A stretch of 64,000 nucleotides of DNA. Source: Phaeosaccion multiseriatum (lineage: Eukaryota > Protista > Ochrophyta, other classes). The notes beneath the pieces are model-generated. The model had not been told where the DNA came from and ran no database searches. It saw only the letters and a list, made by a program, of their open reading frames with translations. The stretch lies in the NCBI GenBank assembly GCA_965112735.1, contig OZ218951.1, positions 2,418,001-2,482,000 of the forward strand. Direction: 5' to 3'. The translations under genes and the position numbers were made by a program. This document shows positions 26,388-37,871 of the stretch, in pieces; within the stretch, counting starts at the first letter, position 1, and every line of letters starts with the position of its first letter.

Positions 26388-28792
26388 GCGCGTGTGTGCA
26401 GGACCGAGGCATACATGAGACAGCGGCAGCAGAAAGAGGAGGAAAGAGGAAGAGGAGGAGGAGGAGGAGCGTGGGACAGGGACATGAGAGGAGTGTGAAA
26501 GGCATCGCAGAGGATGCAGGGTCAGGGGGTGAGCACATACGGGGCTCTTTCAGCTGTGGATGTCAACAGGGACGAGGAGAGGGGTGCCAGAGGGCGTTAC
26601 AATGAAAGGAAGGGAAGAAACGACCGCCTATAGAACACGCCCTCTCCTCGTACATCCCGCTCCTTCGGTCTCTCCTCGCTCACCATCTCTTCGTTCGGTA
26701 TTCTGCTGAAGCAAGGGTGCGCATCCGTCTTGGCGACGTGCCATTTGTGAAGGTCCTCCACATCCGTGATGAGGTACAGAAGGCCACCGGGTCTGAGAGA
26801 GAGGAGAGAGAGAAAGAGGGAGAGAGCAGCGGCAAAAGAGAGAGTGAGGGTGAGAGAGAGCAAAACACACACACAGAGAGAAAAGAAACAGGCAGAGGCA
26901 CACATCGGCGTTGCCACACCACCAATCCATCGCCAACGAAGTAGCTAAGAGAAAGGATCTGAAAACCGTACCTGAGGAAGAAGGCGTACTCCGTCAGTAG
27001 TGTGTCGTTGATAATGCGACGGCGGTGGTTCTTCTCCTTGAAGTGCGGGTCGGGGAAGCAGAAGAACATCCGCTTGAACTGGGCCTTGTTGAAAAAGTTG
27101 GGCAGGTACACCATCGAGTTTGTCCTGCGTTGTGTAGGGTACACAGGGAGGGAGGGAGGGAGGAGGTGGAGGAGGAGCGGGGGGTTTAAGAATGATGTAC
27201 GGAGGCGGCACTTGAAAGGGGTGGGCTAAGGGCCAGGCAGAGAGCTACAGGATTCTCCATTTCCCTCACACCTCACCCCCCACACCCTTCTGATGACGTA
27301 AAACCAAGGTAGAAACTGCCCCTCACCCCTCACCCATCACCGCTCACCCCTCACTCCTCACCCCTCATACCTCACCCCTCACTCCCCACTCCTCACCCCT
27401 CACTCCCCACTCCTCACCCCTCACACCTGATCCCACACTTGTCGCGCCTCACGCTCACTCACCTGATGACAGACGCGTTTTGGTAATCACCGGGATTGTC
27501 CTTGCGCAGCGATGCGATCTTCAGTCGCACGAACTCCGTCACCTGCGCCACCGCCGTACAGTGCAGCACACATGGCACACATGGCGCGCGCACGCACACA
27601 CACATACACACAAACACAAACACAAGAGCGAGGGAGGGGAATGCTCATCATCTTTTGGTACATTCCCATTCTCTCTCTCGCTCACACACAAAGGGCCCCT
27701 TCTCTTCCTCCGCTCCGGCACATGTACACCATTCACCCATCCTCCTCCTCCTTCTCCTCCTCCTCCTCCTCCTCCTCCTCCTCCTCCTCCTCCTCCTCCT
27801 CCTCCTCCTCCTCCTCCTCCTCGTCGTCGTCGTCCGCGTCCGCCCCCCCCCCTCCTTACCCCCCCTCCTCGTCCTCCTCCACCCCACTCTTTCTCCTCCT
27901 AAGGCTCGTCATTTGCCACAGGAGCTGCTGCGACTGACTCTCACTTACCCGGATCCGAATCTCCATACCGAGGATGAGCTCATCAGGGAAAACCTTTGCC
28001 AGCGACACGGTGAGCCCTCCGAAACCGCAGCCCACGTCGAGAGTGGTGACGACGGGGTTCTCAATGTTAGGGTAGTGCTCCTTCCAGTCCAAGAGAGAAG
28101 GATCGGCGGGACTATCGATAGAGACGGAGTGGTCGTTGATTGTGTGTGCAGCAGAAGGAGAGAACGGAAGTACGGGGTGTGAGTTTAGGGCTTTAGGAAG
28201 TGTGGTGGGGGAGAGAACAGAAGGCCAAAGTGGGGGGGAGGGAGGCGGGGAGGGAAGATAGTACGAGCAAGTTCCCCACCATCCTCCTGTATGTTTGACT
28301 CACTAGGTGAAGGAGTGGTTGTTGGAGAGCGGATTGCAGTGCGCCCTTGACCGATAGAACCGCTTCTGCGGCATGTCTCCCTCTTCGGTATGGGGCGGCT
28401 CCTCATCATCACCCTCCTCGTCCTGTTCCGCCCCACCGGTTGGGTTCCATCTCGAGGACCTCCGGCGGCCACGTTTTCCCTTGTTTCTCGGCTTCTTCCT
28501 CTTTTTTTCACCCCCCTTCACATCTGTGGGGGCCTTGTCTCCACCTTCCGTCGTGGCTGCCGCTCCTGCTGCTGCTACTGCTGCTGATGATGATGCTGCT
28601 GTTTCTGTTTCTGCTGCTGCTGCTGCTGCTGGGACGGCTGGTGCTACTCCTTCTCCTTCTGGTCAGAGCAAATGGATCACAGACAAAGACGATAGATGAG
28701 TGAACATCTAATCCTACCCCGCCATCTCTCTTCCACTTCCCCAGTCTCTCAGCTCGCTCACCTGCTGGAGGGGAAGCCTCCTTCGTAGCCAT
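26206..28792 (-). CDS. TRM8: tRNA (guanine-N7)-methyltransferase catalytic subunit
   Basis: Diagnostic motifs [54 protein letters not shown] and TEEGKKVAR across 7 exons (METTL1/Trm8 family). Confidence 0.96.
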
Positions 28793-28949
28793 TCTTGCCT
28801 CCAGTTCAAGTTATAAGGGAGAGGGGAGGAGATGGTAGTGGATGGAGCATGAGCTTTTCACAGATGGCTGCAGTACTCGACTTCATATATTTTTCTTCTT
28901 GAAACTGTGAATTTCCTCGGGGGGGGGGGAACCTGAAGACTGCGTGGCG
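28793..28949. promoter_or_regulatory. Putative bidirectional promoter between TRM8 and LCIB
   Basis: Only ~157 bp separate the divergent predicted start codons. A TTATAA hexamer lies at ~28811. Promoter function is inferred from position only. Confidence 0.4.
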
Positions 28950-29661
28950 ATGCGCGATCGACGATCGACGAACGCCAATGATGAGGGATTTCTCCGCACT
29001 CTGTTGGAGAAGTTCCCCAATGCAGCTGAAGAGGGGGATTTCGTGGGGCGGATGACCAAGAGCTTGAACGACCTCGGCATGACCAAAGACAACTCCATCT
29101 CCTGCGTGGGGTGCTGCAGAGATGAGATCTGCACAAGCTTTGTCAACGAGATCAGCGCCAATTTCGGCCAGGTGGGTGGTGGTGGTGGATGGGTTCCACG
29201 AGAGCGAAGCAGCGGAGTCGGTACCCAATCTATTTCTCCTGTCCCTTGGCTTCTTCTCTAAGCTATGGCATTATTTCTCAAGAGGACGTGGTCTTTTGAA
29301 ACAACTCTGGGCGATTCGTACTGGAGCGGTTTGGTGGGCAGGCTCCTCAGTGCCCTGTCCTCCCTCTGTTACTGTGCGGTCCCGGTGCCCCTTTCGCAGC
29401 CCTTTGCGATGAGAGGCTTAGGTGGCTTCTGCTTCGCTGGCAAGACGGGATTCGGGGCGGCACACGCTCACGCACCCGATAATGAGGACGGGCGCAAGAG
29501 GTATATCTACTGGTTCGCTCCTCACGTGGGTAAGACAAGCCGGCCCCGGTGTAGCCCTGAGCAGCCTTTTCCAGTGAAACGACAATCCCCAAGGGGCCGC
29601 GCGATCTCCTCGTCACTCAGGCGCCCGCACTCCCGTGCGCTCACGCATGTACATCCCCTCT

Positions 29662-29698
<37 letters not shown>

Positions 29699-29894
29699 CT
29701 TCTTTCTTTCTCTCCTCATCTCTCTCCTTCTCTCTCTCTCTAACTCTCCCTCTCCTCTCATGCCCCTGCGCCACTCGTCTCGAGCACACGGCCTCCAAAG
29801 ACATGCCCCATTCTTTCCTTGTCTTGTGGCACCTCCCTTAGACTGGGCCCGACTCTGCCCACTTGCGCTACCCGAACACTCCCACAATCAAACC

Positions 29895-29978
<84 letters not shown>

Positions 29979-31450
29979 AACACGCGCGCGCACTCACAGG
30001 CATATACGAAGGCGGGCGACAGGGCGAGTGCGACCGGCCCGGTATGCAGTACGTCAGCAACGCCTGCGGAGCGCTCAACGCAGTGCTGAGTGAGCTGAAG
30101 TCGGGGAAGGAGCAAGATCTTACCCTAGACATGAGGTAGGTTGGGGAGGAGAAAGCAGTCCACACGATACAGAGTGCATCTGCGTCATGTCGTTTCGCTT
30201 TTCGAAGGAAGGGCAGTGCTTTCGCACTCCGAATCGCTCCACCCCCCCACTTTCGCTGTTGTTTGCAGCACGAACATACAAAACACTTGCAAAGCGCTCT
30301 GACTACCTTACAACACGCACCATTGTCGACCACTCGAGTCGGTCAGAGCATCACTTCGATCCTCTCCTCCCTTCCAGTGTCCTTAACCCCCGCTCTTCTT
30401 CCTCCTTCTCCTCTCCCCAATCCTCGTCTCCTGTCCTTCCCAGTGACCTGGAGATGAGCGCCATGCGTATGCGTCTCGTGCAATCCCTTGCACAAGAGAA
30501 GGAGCAGCAGCAGCATCAGCATCAGCATCAGCAGCAAGACCTTATTTCGCTCACCATCACCGCGAGAGGCCTAATCGCCACACAGCTGGAAGAGTACATT
30601 GCCGCGACAGTCGACCCGGAAACCGTGGACTATGCCGTGGTGATCGGTGTGCAGGTGCACGGCCCGGGCGAGAAGAACTACGTGGCGTTACATCCCGAGA
30701 GCAGCTATGCCGTCATCAGGGGGGAGAGGGTGGGGCTGTCCTTGGCATCATCGGTGCGTATGTGCGTGTTTGCGTGCGTCCGTGTGTGTGTGCGTGAGTG
30801 AGTTGAGCTGCTGCTGTTTCTTAGCATCGCTTTGCTTTGCCTTTGCGCTCCTCGTTGCTGTGCTGCTCGCTCGCTACTGAATGGTCCGCTCGGCGCCATT
30901 CTTATAACCTCTACCAAGAGAAGAGAGGGAGGGCTGAGCTCCTCCGCGACAGGGCGACTCAAGTCACGTCATTGTTTCGACTACGATCGCACCACCTCTT
31001 CTAAGTCACCCATCAACCCACCCACCGCCCTCGTCGCTCTGCCCTCGTCGCTCTGCCCTCACTCGCTCTCTTGTTTCAATTCAGCAGGTGCCTGCGGCGG
31101 TGAGCCATACTCAAAGCATGTTGAGGGAGTCCATCCGAGCACAGGATGCTGCAGGGGATTCAGGGGAGGTAGCCGGCACTCCCGCTGCCACCCCCACCAC
31201 TGGCAAGGGGCAAGCTTCTTCAGGGGGCAACCGCAAGGGCAGTCGTGATAGTGAGGGGGTTGAGGTGGCTCCTCAAGAAGGAGGTGATGGTGATGGTGGT
31301 GGGAAGGTGGCTCCTACAGAAGAAGGAGGAGGAGAGGAAGAGGAGGAGGCGCATATCGCTGCTAATGGGGGGGGGCTCAAAGAAGCGGCCTTGCTGCCTG
31401 ACATTGGGCTTCGGCCTGGGAGCTCGAGGGCTCGACCACAGGGGGGTTAA
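28950..31450 (+). CDS. LCIB: LCIB/LCIC-family (theta-class) carbonic anhydrase
   Basis: Motifs FPNA, CCRDE, GLGGFCFAGKTGFGAAHAHAP, FAPHVG, RPG...ACGAL and DYAVVIGVQVHGP. The Cys/His/Cys zinc ligands are present. Five exons; the last exon (31088-31450) is low-complexity and less certain. Confidence 0.9.
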
Positions 31451-31994
31451 GTTAATTCACTGACATATATGGTTGCCAAGGGTCTCCCACAAGGAAGAAA
31501 GGGAGCTTCCAATGGCCAAGCTTTGGCAGGCGAGGGTAGTGCCGTTTTCGGGGCAGCGCTTGCTAGTGTCTGGGGAGTGAGCAGCGACGCGAGTGACTAG
31601 CAAGGTTAGCGAGCGAGCGTGCAGAGAGACAGGCTTTCCGAACTGTGCGGTGCCTTCCAGGCTCTTGTAAGTAACTTGGGATTCTGCCTGCCTTTTGGCC
31701 TCTGCACAGAACCGCGACATTGTACCCCTGCTATATCTTCCTTCCTTCCTGGCCGATCCTGCCCTGCTCTGGAAGGCCTCTTGTGTGGGTGCGTGTTGCC
31801 CGCGGGAACAGAGCCCTTTTTCACAAAATATTCCATGATGCGTGTTTATCGCGTGTTGGACTGCGCAACAAGGGGCAAGGGTATGACATAGGTGGGCAGG
31901 GGACAAAGCTGGACCAAGGGACGAAAGCTTCTCGTCGAGAGCACTGAGCCGAGGCTCGGGTAGATGGATAGATAGATCGAGCCAGTCGCTTTTG

Positions 31995-33242
31995 ATGCTG
32001 TTCGTTCCCCTTGGAGTGGAGAGGGCTCATGAGCAAAGAATAAGAAAGGCTCTGGGGGATGGTACAGCGGATAACGGTGTATATACTGAGGAAGCCGCCC
32101 CCTGTCCTTTGTCTAGCGTCGGCACCATAGGCATCGCCTTCCTTTTGACGATGCTACGCGCGATAATGAGCATGGTTAAGGGCGCCCTGGGGCAAGTCTG
32201 TATAGGGCTGTACAGCGTTGTTGCTTCTCATGCCCTCCACGCCAACAGTGCCGACACCATGCGGGGCGCAACGCCACCCCTCACTGATCTGGACGCGGAC
32301 GAGGGGCAGGGGGAGGGGGAGGGGGAGGAGGAGGACGCTCCATTCCGTTCCAAGGTGTTGAACTTGGATGAGATGCTGCGGAAAGTAATGGACATTCTGG
32401 GGAAGGGGCACCACGTCCTAGTGGCTGGGGTGAGCAAAGACTGGAGGAGGCTGTATAGTACCGCTCATCCCGCCTTGGAGACCTTTGGAAGGAGCCTTTT
32501 TGGGACCGTGGAATGCGTCGAGTGGGCCATCAAACAGGGCTGTCCGCTGAGCGTCAACACATTCAGAGCCGCAGCCAGGTGGGGAGACACGAGCGTCTGC
32601 CAGGCCCTGCATCGCCACGGCTGTGCATGGAACGAGGACGTATGTGAAGCTACTGCCTGGAATGCCAGGCACGGCCTGAGCATTCTCAAATGGCTCCGCT
32701 CCGAAGACCTGCCGGACAAGAGACCGTGTCCATGGAACGAGGAAACTTGCTCTACCGCTGCGTGGAGAGGGGACATGGAGACGCTCACGTGGCTGCTGCC
32801 GGAGGAGGGGAACGCTCCATTCGACCACGAGGTTTGGTTATGGGCGGCGCACGAAGGACATATCAATGTGCTGGAGACGCTTCTGAACCACCCCAGGGTC
32901 CGGGCTAAGCTGACCGCGGCACAGGATGGCAGCAAGTGGCGATTGGGGGCTATATATGCGGCGTGGTATGGCCGCCTGGAGGTGCTGCGCTGGCTGCATG
33001 CACACGCTCGTGACCTGTGCAATTGGAACGACAGTGTGTGTTGCCTTGCTGTTTCGGAGGGCAAGAGCCTGGCTGCCTTACAATGGCTCCGATCCGAGAG
33101 GGTCCTGTGTGCATGGAATGGGGGTGCATGCCCAGAGGTGCTAATGCGCCTGGGTAGGTGGGATGGGGGGAGGAATGAGGCCTTTGAGGGGATCAAGCAG
33201 TGGGTCCACGCCAACGGACACCCTTGCGACTGCGAAGACTGA
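31995..33242 (+). CDS. Intronless F-box-like + divergent ankyrin-repeat protein (GCPW/LEVLRWL type)
   Basis: Repeated CxWNExxCxxAAxxGxxxxLxWL units and an N-terminal LVAGVSKDWRRL. It is a clear paralog of 62605-63744. The true start may be the ATG at 32259. Confidence 0.8.
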   Translation: MLFVPLGVERAHEQRIRKALGDGTADNGVYTEEAAPCPLSSVGTIGIAFLLTMLRAIMSMVKGALGQVCIGLYSVVASHALHANSADTMRGATPPLTDLDADEGQGEGEGEEEDAPFRSKVLNLDEMLRKVMDILGKGHHVLVAGVSKDWRRLYSTAHPALETFGRSLFGTVECVEWAIKQGCPLSVNTFRAAARWGDTSVCQALHRHGCAWNEDVCEATAWNARHGLSILKWLRSEDLPDKRPCPWNEETCSTAAWRGDMETLTWLLPEEGNAPFDHEVWLWAAHEGHINVLETLLNHPRVRAKLTAAQDGSKWRLGAIYAAWYGRLEVLRWLHAHARDLCNWNDSVCCLAVSEGKSLAALQWLRSERVLCAWNGGACPEVLMRLGRWDGGRNEAFEGIKQWVHANGHPCDCED

Positions 33243-34413
33243 CTCGGCTCACGTCTTTGCACCCTGAATGAATAGGGCGAGGGTATGCGGCAGGACCCAG
33301 GCACGCACTTGAGTGATTTTCTTGGTGGAGATACAAAAGAGTAATACATGTACGACACTTCTATCACACTGGGGGCTCCCATTATGGCGATGCAGCCTGT
33401 GTGTGTATTCCAATGTCGATACCACATGGACTCGATCCAATGTCACAGCAGTGTCACGCAAAGGCCGTTTGCCTCCTTGCGAAGTGCACGCACAGTGAGT
33501 GCCCTGCAAGTGCGGGCACCGGCGTCCGTGGGATGCCATCGCGCTGACTGACATGCCGCATGCATGCTGAGTGGCGGGCGAGCAAGGTGGGGTCCAGCCC
33601 TTCCACTCCACCCTCGCAGTTGTGGGCCGTTAACCCTGACCCGCTGCACACCCACCCGCATGCATCCATGTCCCCACGCGTTGAGTTGAGTGAGCCCCAG
33701 AGGTAGGGGAGAGAGGAGGGGAGGCCGAGGGTGGACACGCTCAGGACGGAGGGGGGTCCGGGGCTATCCTCCGTCTCAATGCCACTCTCCGACAGCTTGT
33801 GTGAGACCGGGTCGCACATCCGCCAGCTCCATACTTTTCCCTCGGGCACACTCAGCGCCGCAGACAGAAGCTCTTGAGAAAGCCTCTCCGCCACTGATGA
33901 CATGATTCGATTGGACGATGGAAGTCGAAGGAAAGCCCCTCATCTGCAGCTGCCTCCTGCAAGCTCCTCGAGTGGTGGAGCACCAACCGCTGCACACGCC
34001 CACCACCACCGCCATATGCAGCAGCGGGCGGAGCGGAGGTGAAGGTCGTATCAACGACAATGTCCTCGCTACTAAGCAACTCATCCAGCCCTGCAAGCAC
34101 GCCACTCAGCTCAGCCGAGCACTCGCCGAAGCCGTTTCCTTCCTCCGCCACTTCGCTGCACTCAAAGTCAGGCGCAAGCATCGTCCCACTCCGTTCTGGG
34201 ATGTGACCGGGGCGAGAGTCCAGGCGAGGGGATAAGCGTGCCCTCCACTCCGCGACGACCTAGTCTGTCGAGGCTATATGTGGTCCTTCTCTTCCCCATG
34301 CCGCAGCGGTGTGTCTATCATCCTCCTATTAGCTGTTGCTGCGCCTCTCCAGAGGCCCGAGCAGGCGGATCTGACTACATGAATCGGTTCTTCGTCCAGC
34401 GCCCGCCCCCTGC

Positions 34414-35892
34414 TCACCCTTCATCAGAGGCAAGAGGAGGAGCAGGCGTGGCAGCAGGATAAGGGACTTGCCCACCCAGACGCCGCAGAGGGACTCTCCC
34501 ATCCACGACGGGCATGCGTTTTCTCAACTCCTTCTCACTGATGTCTGCAATGCCCACGCGCAGCTCGTATATCGCCTCTGACGCCCCTTCTGCTGCTGCT
34601 ACTTGTCCTTGTTCTCCCCGGTTATGTACTCCAACGTAGAGAAGGTTGGAGTGTGCATCGTCGAAGCCTTCTAGGTAGGTGGGCAGGGACAGGGTGTCGT
34701 TCCCCTGGTGTGCGGAGATCCAATCACTCCTGTCATTGGAGAAACCAAACCGAAAACAAGGGCAGGCAAGAGAAGAAGGGGAGGAGCGGGATGAACACAT
34801 GGTCCTGCTTCCAACCCCCGTGCCTCACCTGCCGGTTCCAAACCAATTCTCTTCTGAATCTTCCACGCCATAGAAGACGCTGTACTCCCCTCCCTGCCTC
34901 TCTCCCTCCCTCAGTCGTCACTGCTTACGTCGAGGCTGTGGGCTGTATCTGATGGGTGGAGGCATATAGGTCTACCTCGCCCGTTAGCGCCCCTAAGTCC
35001 AAAGTGATGCGGTGGTGGTGGCCGTGCTTGGCCACGCAGATCTGTACCCACGGGACAGGGGGGGTGCGCAATATTTAGGGCGAACACGTTAGCATGTTGG
35101 CTGTTGGGGGGGTAGAAGGATGGGGAGGGACGGTCAGAGAAAGAGAGAGCAAAGAAGAAGGCGGTTCGTACAAGGAAGGTGGCCAGACTCTCCGTGGGAT
35201 GTATGGACAGAGAAGCGCAGGGGCGAGAAGACCTCCCCTCCCTCCCTCCCTCGCCCGCGCCTACCTGAAAGAAGTCGTATGCACCCCTCCCCACGCCTCC
35301 TCGCACCGTCACTGCCTCGTCAAGGTCGAGAGCGCGAGGACTGGCAAGTGCAGACCCTGGGACCTGCTCCCCATCGGGGCCCCATTCAGCCAGGGAGATG
35401 AAGTCATGGCAAGCGTTGCTCTTCCCCTGCAGCTGCTGCTGAGTCTCTTTATCGTGTCTTGCGGAACCATAGATGTCTGCCCCCCCCCCGCCTGCTGCTG
35501 CTGGTGGTGCTGCTCTTCCAAGGGCCTCTTTGCTGGTGGTGTCGCCGACAGAAGGTATAACGCTGATGCGCTTGCGCTGGGAGAGCAGCAATGGTAGTCC
35601 GTCCTTGCTGGTAGCAGCACCCCCTTGCTGGTCTTGGTCGACCTCGATGCTCGCTTCTGCGTCTCTCTGAAAGGCGAAGCGGTAGAGGGAGATGGCCCAC
35701 AGAAGGAGGAAGACGAGGGCCAGAGCTTTGACCCAGTAGCGCTTGCACACTTTATTTTGTAAGAGGGAGAGAAGAAAAGGAAAGCAAAGAGGCTGAGAGA
35801 GAGTCTATGTGTGAAAGAGGAAGAGAGGGAGAGAGGGCGTTAGAGAAGGAGACAGAGTGAGCGAGGAAGAGAGAGTGAGTGAGGGAGAGAGA

Positions 35893-35923
<31 letters not shown>

Positions 35924-36029
35924 GGCGTGAGAGAGAGATAAGCAGTTTCTCACCTCTGTTACCATGCACCTTGGTACGTGGATGTGATCTTACTGATGAG
36001 CCATGGATCTTGTAGGATGGCAGCAGCAT
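34414..36029 (-). CDS. Type II membrane protein with a lumenal PPC-like beta-sandwich segment
   Basis: Exons 36029-~35953, 35749-~35264, ~35041-34929 and ~34728-34414 join in frame. TM segment ALALVFLLLWAISLY; then YDFFQICV...ITLDLGALTGEVDLYAS...SDWISAHQGNDTL...LLYVGVH. The 3' end is uncertain because the TGA overlaps a donor-like GTGAGC. Confidence 0.6.
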
Positions 36030-36264
36030 AGAGAAAGGAGAACAGAGGGAAATAGAGGGAGGGAAAAGGGGAAAAAAAAAAAATGAAGGGCGGTCACAAC
36101 CGTTGGCGATGGAGCGTCGCGATCTGTTGATGCTGATACGTTCATCGGCCCCAGGAGGTCAGGCCAGGCGCCAGAGCGACGCCCCAGAGCGAGCGACTGG
36201 CCTAGAAGCCCCTAGAGACGATAGGCCTATTTTTGGCGCAGCCCCCCCGGCCTAGCTAGGCCTA

Positions 36265-37225
36265 TCGACCCGGGACAAGATTACGGTGCTGCGCCGGCCG
36301 TCCGTAATCAGAAATCAGATAATCTTGTCCAGGGTCGACTCCCTCCCTCCCTCCCTCCCTCCCTCCCTCCCTCCCTCCCTCCCTCCCTCCCTCCCTCCCT
36401 CCCTCCCTCCCTCCCTCCCTCCCTCCCTCCCTCCCTCCCTCCCTCCCTCCCTCCCTCCCTCCCTCCCTCCCTCCCTCCCTCCCTCCCTCCCTCCCTCCCT
36501 CCCTCCCTCCCTCCCTCCCTCCCTCCCTCCCTCCCTCCCTCCCTCCCTCCCTCCCTCCCTCCCTCCCTCCCTCCCTCCCTCCCTCCCTCCCTCCCTCCCT
36601 CCCTCCCTCCCTCCCTCCCTCCCTCCCTCCCTCCCTCCCTCCCTCCCTCCCTCCCTCCCTCCCTCCCTCCCTCCCTCCCTCCCTCCCTCCCTCCCTCCCT
36701 CCCTCCCTCCCTCCCTCCCTCCCTCCCTCCCTCCCTCCCTCCCTCCCTCCCTCCCTCCCTCCCTCCCTCCCTCCCTCCCTCCCTCCCTCCCTCCCTCCCT
36801 CCCTCCCTCCCTCCCTCCCTCCCTCCCTCCCTCCCTCCCTCCCTCCCTCCCTCCCTCCCTCCCTCCCTCCCTCCCTCCCTCCCTCCCTCCCTCCCTCCCT
36901 CCCTCCCTCCCTCCCTCCCTCCCTCCCTCCCTCCCTCCCTCCCTCCCTCCCTCCCTCTCTCTCTCTCTCTCTCCCTCCCTCCCTCCCTCCCTCCCTCCCT
37001 CCCTGAGATGGAGATCGACCCTGGACAAGATTACGGTGTGCGCCGGCCGTAATCAGTAATCAGCCCCCGGCTGGCGCATAATCAGTAATCAGGCCGGCTG
37101 GACCGGGCTGAAATCAGTAACCAGGCCGGCTGGCGCCGGCCATTTCCTCGGGCTGGCGCCATAATCAGTAATCAGGCCGGCTGCCGGGTGCGCCGGCCGT
37201 AATCAGTAATCATCAGATAGGTCGA
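36265..37225 (+). mobile_element. Composite non-autonomous TIR element: two MITE modules bracketing a (TCCC)n tract, with a 6-bp TSD (GGCCTA)
   Basis: Module 1 (36265-36338) is TCGACCCGGGACAAGATTA...TAATCTTGTCCAGGGTCGA, a 19-bp TIR with 1 mismatch. Module 2 (37015-37225) starts with the same TIR, carries AATCAGTAATCAG arrays and ends GGTCGA. GGCCTA flanks both outer ends (36259-36264 and 37226-37231). Confidence 0.8.
36339..37004. repeat. (TCCC)n tetranucleotide tract of ~665 bp
   Basis: Directly visible and almost perfect, with a short (TC)n interruption near 36955-36972. Confidence 0.97.
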
Positions 37226-37871
37226 GGCCTATTCTAGTCCAGTCTGGAGCCGACGTTCATGCCCCAGCCAATTGTGAACTCTGAATTTGCTCCACATCCA
37301 TACTACGTACGTACATACGTGCGCCATCACGGGCCTTCCCCCCCCCCCCAGGGTTACAGTGGCACCACCGGCGCACCTCCCTCGACTACATTGACTTGTG
37401 CCGGGGAGGGAGGGAGGGAGGGAGGGACGCAGCCACGAGTGGCAACAGGAAGGAGGGACGATCAAGCGTGCCTGAAAGAGTGGAAGGAACGTCGTTATAT
37501 TATTTTTCTCTCTTTTTTGTGTTGTTCTATCTAATCCATCCCAAGTACAAATTAACATCACCCATCGAGTTGACGCTTTTCTGGGCGTAAATAAATGCTA
37601 TGCTGCCGCTCCCTCCCTCTCCCCTCTGCCGTTCCTGTGAGCCCTTCCCCTCCTGCCCTTCCTGCGAGAGTGCCCACGTCCTGCAGCGCGACTTAAGGGG
37701 AGCCTTCCTCCCTCCTCCCTCTTGGATAGAATGGTGTGGAGGGAGGCCCGCCGCAGCCTACAGAACAAAGAGCACACAAGGCTCCTCTTCTGTTGCTCAG
37801 GCGTGGGTTGGGTGAATGTGCATACGCGTCAAGGCAAGCGTAAGCCTTCCCCTCCTGTCTGCTGCCCATCC

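Noticed and set aside
33250-34400. Short ORFs on both strands downstream of the first ankyrin gene
   Set aside because: No recognisable motif or consistent splice model. They could be UTR, extra exons of the PPC-like gene, or decayed element sequence.
36265-36338. piggyBac-like reading: CCC...GGG ends with a TCGA target duplication
   Set aside because: The 61.3-kb copy has TCGG...CCGA, which is inverted rather than direct, plus an outer 6-bp direct duplication. The tetramer is therefore part of the TIR.
36286-37059. ORFs encoding (PPSL)n and (REGG)n
   Set aside because: They are translations of the (TCCC)n microsatellite.
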